Assembly: GCA_963924565.1 (NCBI GenBank)
Contig: OZ004608.1
Span: 9,176,001 to 9,240,000, forward strand
From: Ascidiella aspersa
Lineage: Eukaryota
Direction: 5' to 3'
Length of the DNA stretch: 64,000 bases
A program made the translations under genes and the position numbers. Positions within the stretch are counted from its first letter, which is position 1. Each line of letters opens with the position of its first letter. Of the stretch, positions 61,701 through 64,000 are shown one piece after another. The notes below the pieces were generated by a model, which saw only the letters and a program-made list of their open reading frames with translations, ran no database searches and was not told the DNA's origin.

Positions 61701-63412
61701 CAACAACCGGAGGTACGGCGCCAGGTCGGCCGCTTCCACCCTTCCCAGGTCCAACGGGTCCTCGCCAAGAAACAACCAGATGCAGATTAATGCAGGTGGG
61801 ACGGGATTTTGCGGATATTTGAACTGTCAACCCTACATAATGGAGAAAAAATATAATATAACTTTTGATCTTTGTAAGGATTTAACATTCTCAGTTTTAG
61901 TGAGGTTCGGAGTTCTCATCCTAGCGCTATTTAGCTCCTCACTTCGAAAGAAATAATTCACATTGCCTTTATTCATTCTCTCTATTGATTTTGCTTAAAA
62001 ATACGTTTGGAAATATATGGTTTATTTATTTAGAGAAGGCTTGTAAACAAAAGTTCCCTTAAAATTGTATCTTTTCATATCCGTTTAAGTTAAGTTGTAC
62101 TTATCTCGAAAAATAACTGAGCTAATCGAGAATACACGATTTTATTGTTTCATTGCCTAAAATTTTCAATGACACTTAATTGTAAAGCGAGCTGTTTTAA
62201 AATACAGTCATATGTGCCATCCATCGTGATGATAAAATATGCAAGGGTGTTGACATTTTTGACAAGGCGATACTTGCAGACCAAATAAAGCGTAAAACCG
62301 CTAAATTAGTTAAACCAACTTATTTGCTCCATCAGATATGCCGTTGTATTCGCCCAGCCGTGGATTCCAGGGATCACCGTTGGCCAGCTCTCGCGCTGGA
62401 GCGGTTGGTAAGAACGCGCGGCAGCAGCACGGCGCCAATGTGGGCAAACTGAGGGGGCCCGTAGGGGGAGTCCCGATCAACGGGGACACGCGCCCGGGCT
62501 TTATCCAGATCTCGCACCCGCTCCACATCCCGCAACAGCAGCGTCCCTCTTCCGCGGAGGCAGGCAAGAGGAACAAGATCTACGACAGCTACATGAGAGA
62601 GCTGAGCACACGCGGGGAGCCGAGGACCATTAGAAGAAAAGGAGCATCTTCCGCAACCGAATCGGCTCCTCGTCCTTCCGGAGTCATCGTTAAGAGCCTT
62701 GGTGGTTCCTCGGGCAAAAACCTTCCCAACCACCAGGGATACAACCGGAGCCAAACTTCAAAGAGCTCCTTTGGGTTTTCGGCGCAGGCCGGCCGCCGTT
62801 CAGGCCTGGCCATCGCCGCCGACGCCCCGGCGCACCCGAGCGTGGTCAGCAGCGCCAAGTCGGCTGGCCCGATGAAGCTCGGTCTCCAGGGCGACACGGT
62901 GCGCCTCAACCTGGACAAAAACATCCACGTCATCTACCGCGACCTCGGTCTTCTGAAGAAGAACGGCGGGAACGTATCGCTCCCCTCCTCGCCCAAGCAG
63001 TCCAGCATTATGACGTACGACGAGGTACGCGCAGCCAATGGAGGCTCGAGGCCCATGAGTAAGCGAAGCGGGGAGAGCAGGTCCCGGGCCGCGTCGGCAA
63101 AGTCTGCTTTCGAGGACGCTGCGTCCAGTCATTCGGTTGTCACCATCCCGACAGCCGATGTCCTACCAGAGAAGCCCGACTCGTCTGCCGTCCAGTTCGA
63201 CGAAGATCGGCCAGATCGGGAACAAAAAGAAGCTACTGATCACCAGGAAATCCAGGATCCAATAGAGGACGTGGATATGAAGCAAGTCGATGCTACTACT
63301 GAGAGACCTACATCCGCCAAGGCGGTTCGAGTATCGAAGAATTTGAACGAGGTTGCCGACTCGGGAACTCAGTACAATCCGCCGGACCCCGAACCCGGAG
63401 CACAGCTTGCTG
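40797..63412 (+). CDS. Large uncharacterised, mostly low-complexity/disordered S/R/P/G-rich protein (>1330 aa), 3'-partial
   Basis: 18 phase-consistent GT-AG exons: 40797-40915, 41361-41457, 41929-42113, 46315-46561, 47084-47293, 53241-53401, 53726-53835, 54661-54785, 55492-55589, 56262-56599, 57749-57948, 58545-58738, 59306-59499, 60209-60368, 60701-60793, 61041-61134, 61504-61795, 62336-63412 (3994 nt, ends in phase 1 at |gtaagt). ATG in good context (aaacATGg); exons are GC-rich against AT-rich introns. The first two exons are less certain. No domain recognised. Confidence 0.8.
46587..46775. repeat. Minisatellite, 34-35 bp x about 5.5
   Basis: atattttatcgtttgtatgtgcgttattgtttct units start at 46587, 46621, 46655, 46690, 46725, 46759. 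Confidence 0.95.
48794..50218 (-). CDS. Intronless MFS transporter, FLVCR/SLC49 family-like (474 aa), nested antisense in an intron
   Basis: Single ORF with about 12 hydrophobic segments. SLC49-type motifs: YKRRW, YFDVSYWEVDWL, GQ...WFPENEVGTA, PPLPPTEAQA, LFKNKTF, TFPMDE. Confidence 0.92.
   Translation of the reverse strand: MFQQASDSFSTQQLAIKETKSMLYKRRWAILTAQFLLQAMCGIAFSCFGEINNFYVAYFDVSYWEVDWLTLAHNAPVIAVTVPLAILTFYNIIRLRCLTLISACGVTLGFACFVTSFSNKSLFPLMVVGQLAIGISAQIMQAIPPIFASLWFPENEVGTAIASQVMGMSFGCAMGALLPVTVIRTDSGVESERKGLFILYIALLALAVLVNVFLCIYMTDVPPLPPTEAQAARKINQDSQSPAPRKLTDFLQATKSLFKNKTFVLASLIYGIELQVNTIMFLMVSQIVRPIADALPSGLTVDQSGAYLIVASTGGGALFSLVAGAFVNRYKKYKLIAIFGSLIYLAFSLGFLLSWLFPVYPALCVMNFLSVGAQKFALVTLYDVVMQTTFPMDESFVGVWMSGIQTPLGILYGIAGRAVFNQWGALGVLVFMRLNILVGFALCFALSSNNKRIEFQNALPDNNNITEETRLIQQ
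50867..51154. mobile_element. hAT-type MITE
   Basis: TIR cagtggttcccaaact / agtttgggaattactg; TSD gtgtacat / atgtacaa; CGGCAC subterminal repeats. Confidence 0.8.
54288..54585. mobile_element. hAT-type MITE
   Basis: Ends gagtggttctt / ttaagaacccctg; TSD gcatagaa / gcatagag; palindromic gggtccatggaccc subterminal motif. Confidence 0.7.
56861..57269. mobile_element. CAGGGCT-ended MITE with CCGACT(C/T)C-like repeats
   Basis: cagggct / agccctg ends; internal cgattccgacttcgac and caactccg motifs; related fragment at about 55350-55425. Confidence 0.6.
57275..57728. mobile_element. GACTT-repeat MITE family, apparently full-length copy
   Basis: TIR cagtgtt / aacactg; TSD ctggtctc (57267-57274) / ttggtctc (57729-57736); dense gacttgactt arrays. 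Confidence 0.8.
62336..63412 (+). CDS. Large internal exon of the uncharacterised protein
   Basis: catcag|AT...GCTG|gtaagt; matches 363-aa ORF 62338-63429. Confidence 0.9.
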
Positions 63413-63742
63413 GTAAGTATGCAAACTAAACTGGCGTTTCTCTTTCATGGCAACATTTATAGCACATGCCAGAATGAAATTAATTATCCAGCGTATTTGT
63501 CTGGAACACTTGACTGAAAATACTGCTTCAGGTCAAATTTGGAATCGTTGAATAAGGATAGCTTATATCTAAGCCTAACAATCTTGGCTAATTCGAGTAT
63601 CACGTAGTCATATTGCTGGATAATTAGTTTAAATCTGGCTTAAAGTAATAAAATCAATTACCTTAATTTAACCTTGCTGTCTCTTAATTATTGCAAGTCT
63701 GACAATTGCCGAACATTCGCATTTGCTTGGATACCCTATTTC

Positions 63743-64000
63743 CAGTGTTGTACTTACATAAACCAAAACTTGACTTGACTTAAGTGCACTTAAGTCACTG
63801 TTTTCAAAATGACTTGACTTGACATGACTTAATTCTTTCAGACAAATGACTTGACTGTGAGTATTTAGGAGAAATAAACGAAGTGCTTTTATTAGGATAT
63901 TTTTATGTATAATATTTGCATATAAAACAATTGGACTAGTTTACCAGTTTTAATAGCATAAAGTTGTATTTTCATGATAATTACTTGACTGGGACTTTTT
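63743..64000. mobile_element. GACTT-repeat MITE family copy, cut by window end
   Basis: Starts cagtgttg; cttgacttgacttaagtgcacttaagtcactgttttcaaaatgacttgac is the reverse complement of 33031-33086-like sequence. Confidence 0.65.

Noticed and set aside
62310-63132. Several - strand ORFs of 88-126 aa (also those at 56305, 57699, 61482)
   Set aside because: Antisense shadows of GC-rich + strand exons.

Overview
AT-rich, intron-rich eukaryotic (animal) genomic DNA. The chordate-like Fzr1 sequence, 1-6 kb introns and MITE content suggest a marine invertebrate such as an ascidian, but the taxon cannot be fixed from sequence alone. I assembled three + strand spliced genes by hand, checking that intron phases agree: (1) fizzy-related/Cdh1 (FZR1, APC/C co-activator; 9 exons at 567-14157, first coding exon lies upstream of the window); (2) a 402-aa NHL-repeat beta-propeller protein with a Ser-rich N-terminus and no RING/B-box (7 exons, 25234-34122); (3) a large (>1330 aa, 18 exons seen, runs off the window end), mostly low-complexity uncharacterised protein rich in RPx[S/T] motifs (40797->63412). 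An intronless, divergent FLVCR/SLC49-family MFS transporter (48794-50218, - strand) is nested antisense in intron 5 of gene 3. Introns and intergenic DNA hold many non-autonomous DNA transposons (hAT-type MITEs with 8-bp TSDs, one element with a 9-bp TSD and telomere-like core), tRNA-SINE remnants, palindromes and minisatellites. No rRNA, intact tRNA, CRISPR or prokaryotic system is supported. The best candidates for new biology are the nested divergent SLC49 gene, the uncharacterised host gene and the NHL-only gene with its upstream nuclear-receptor motif cluster.
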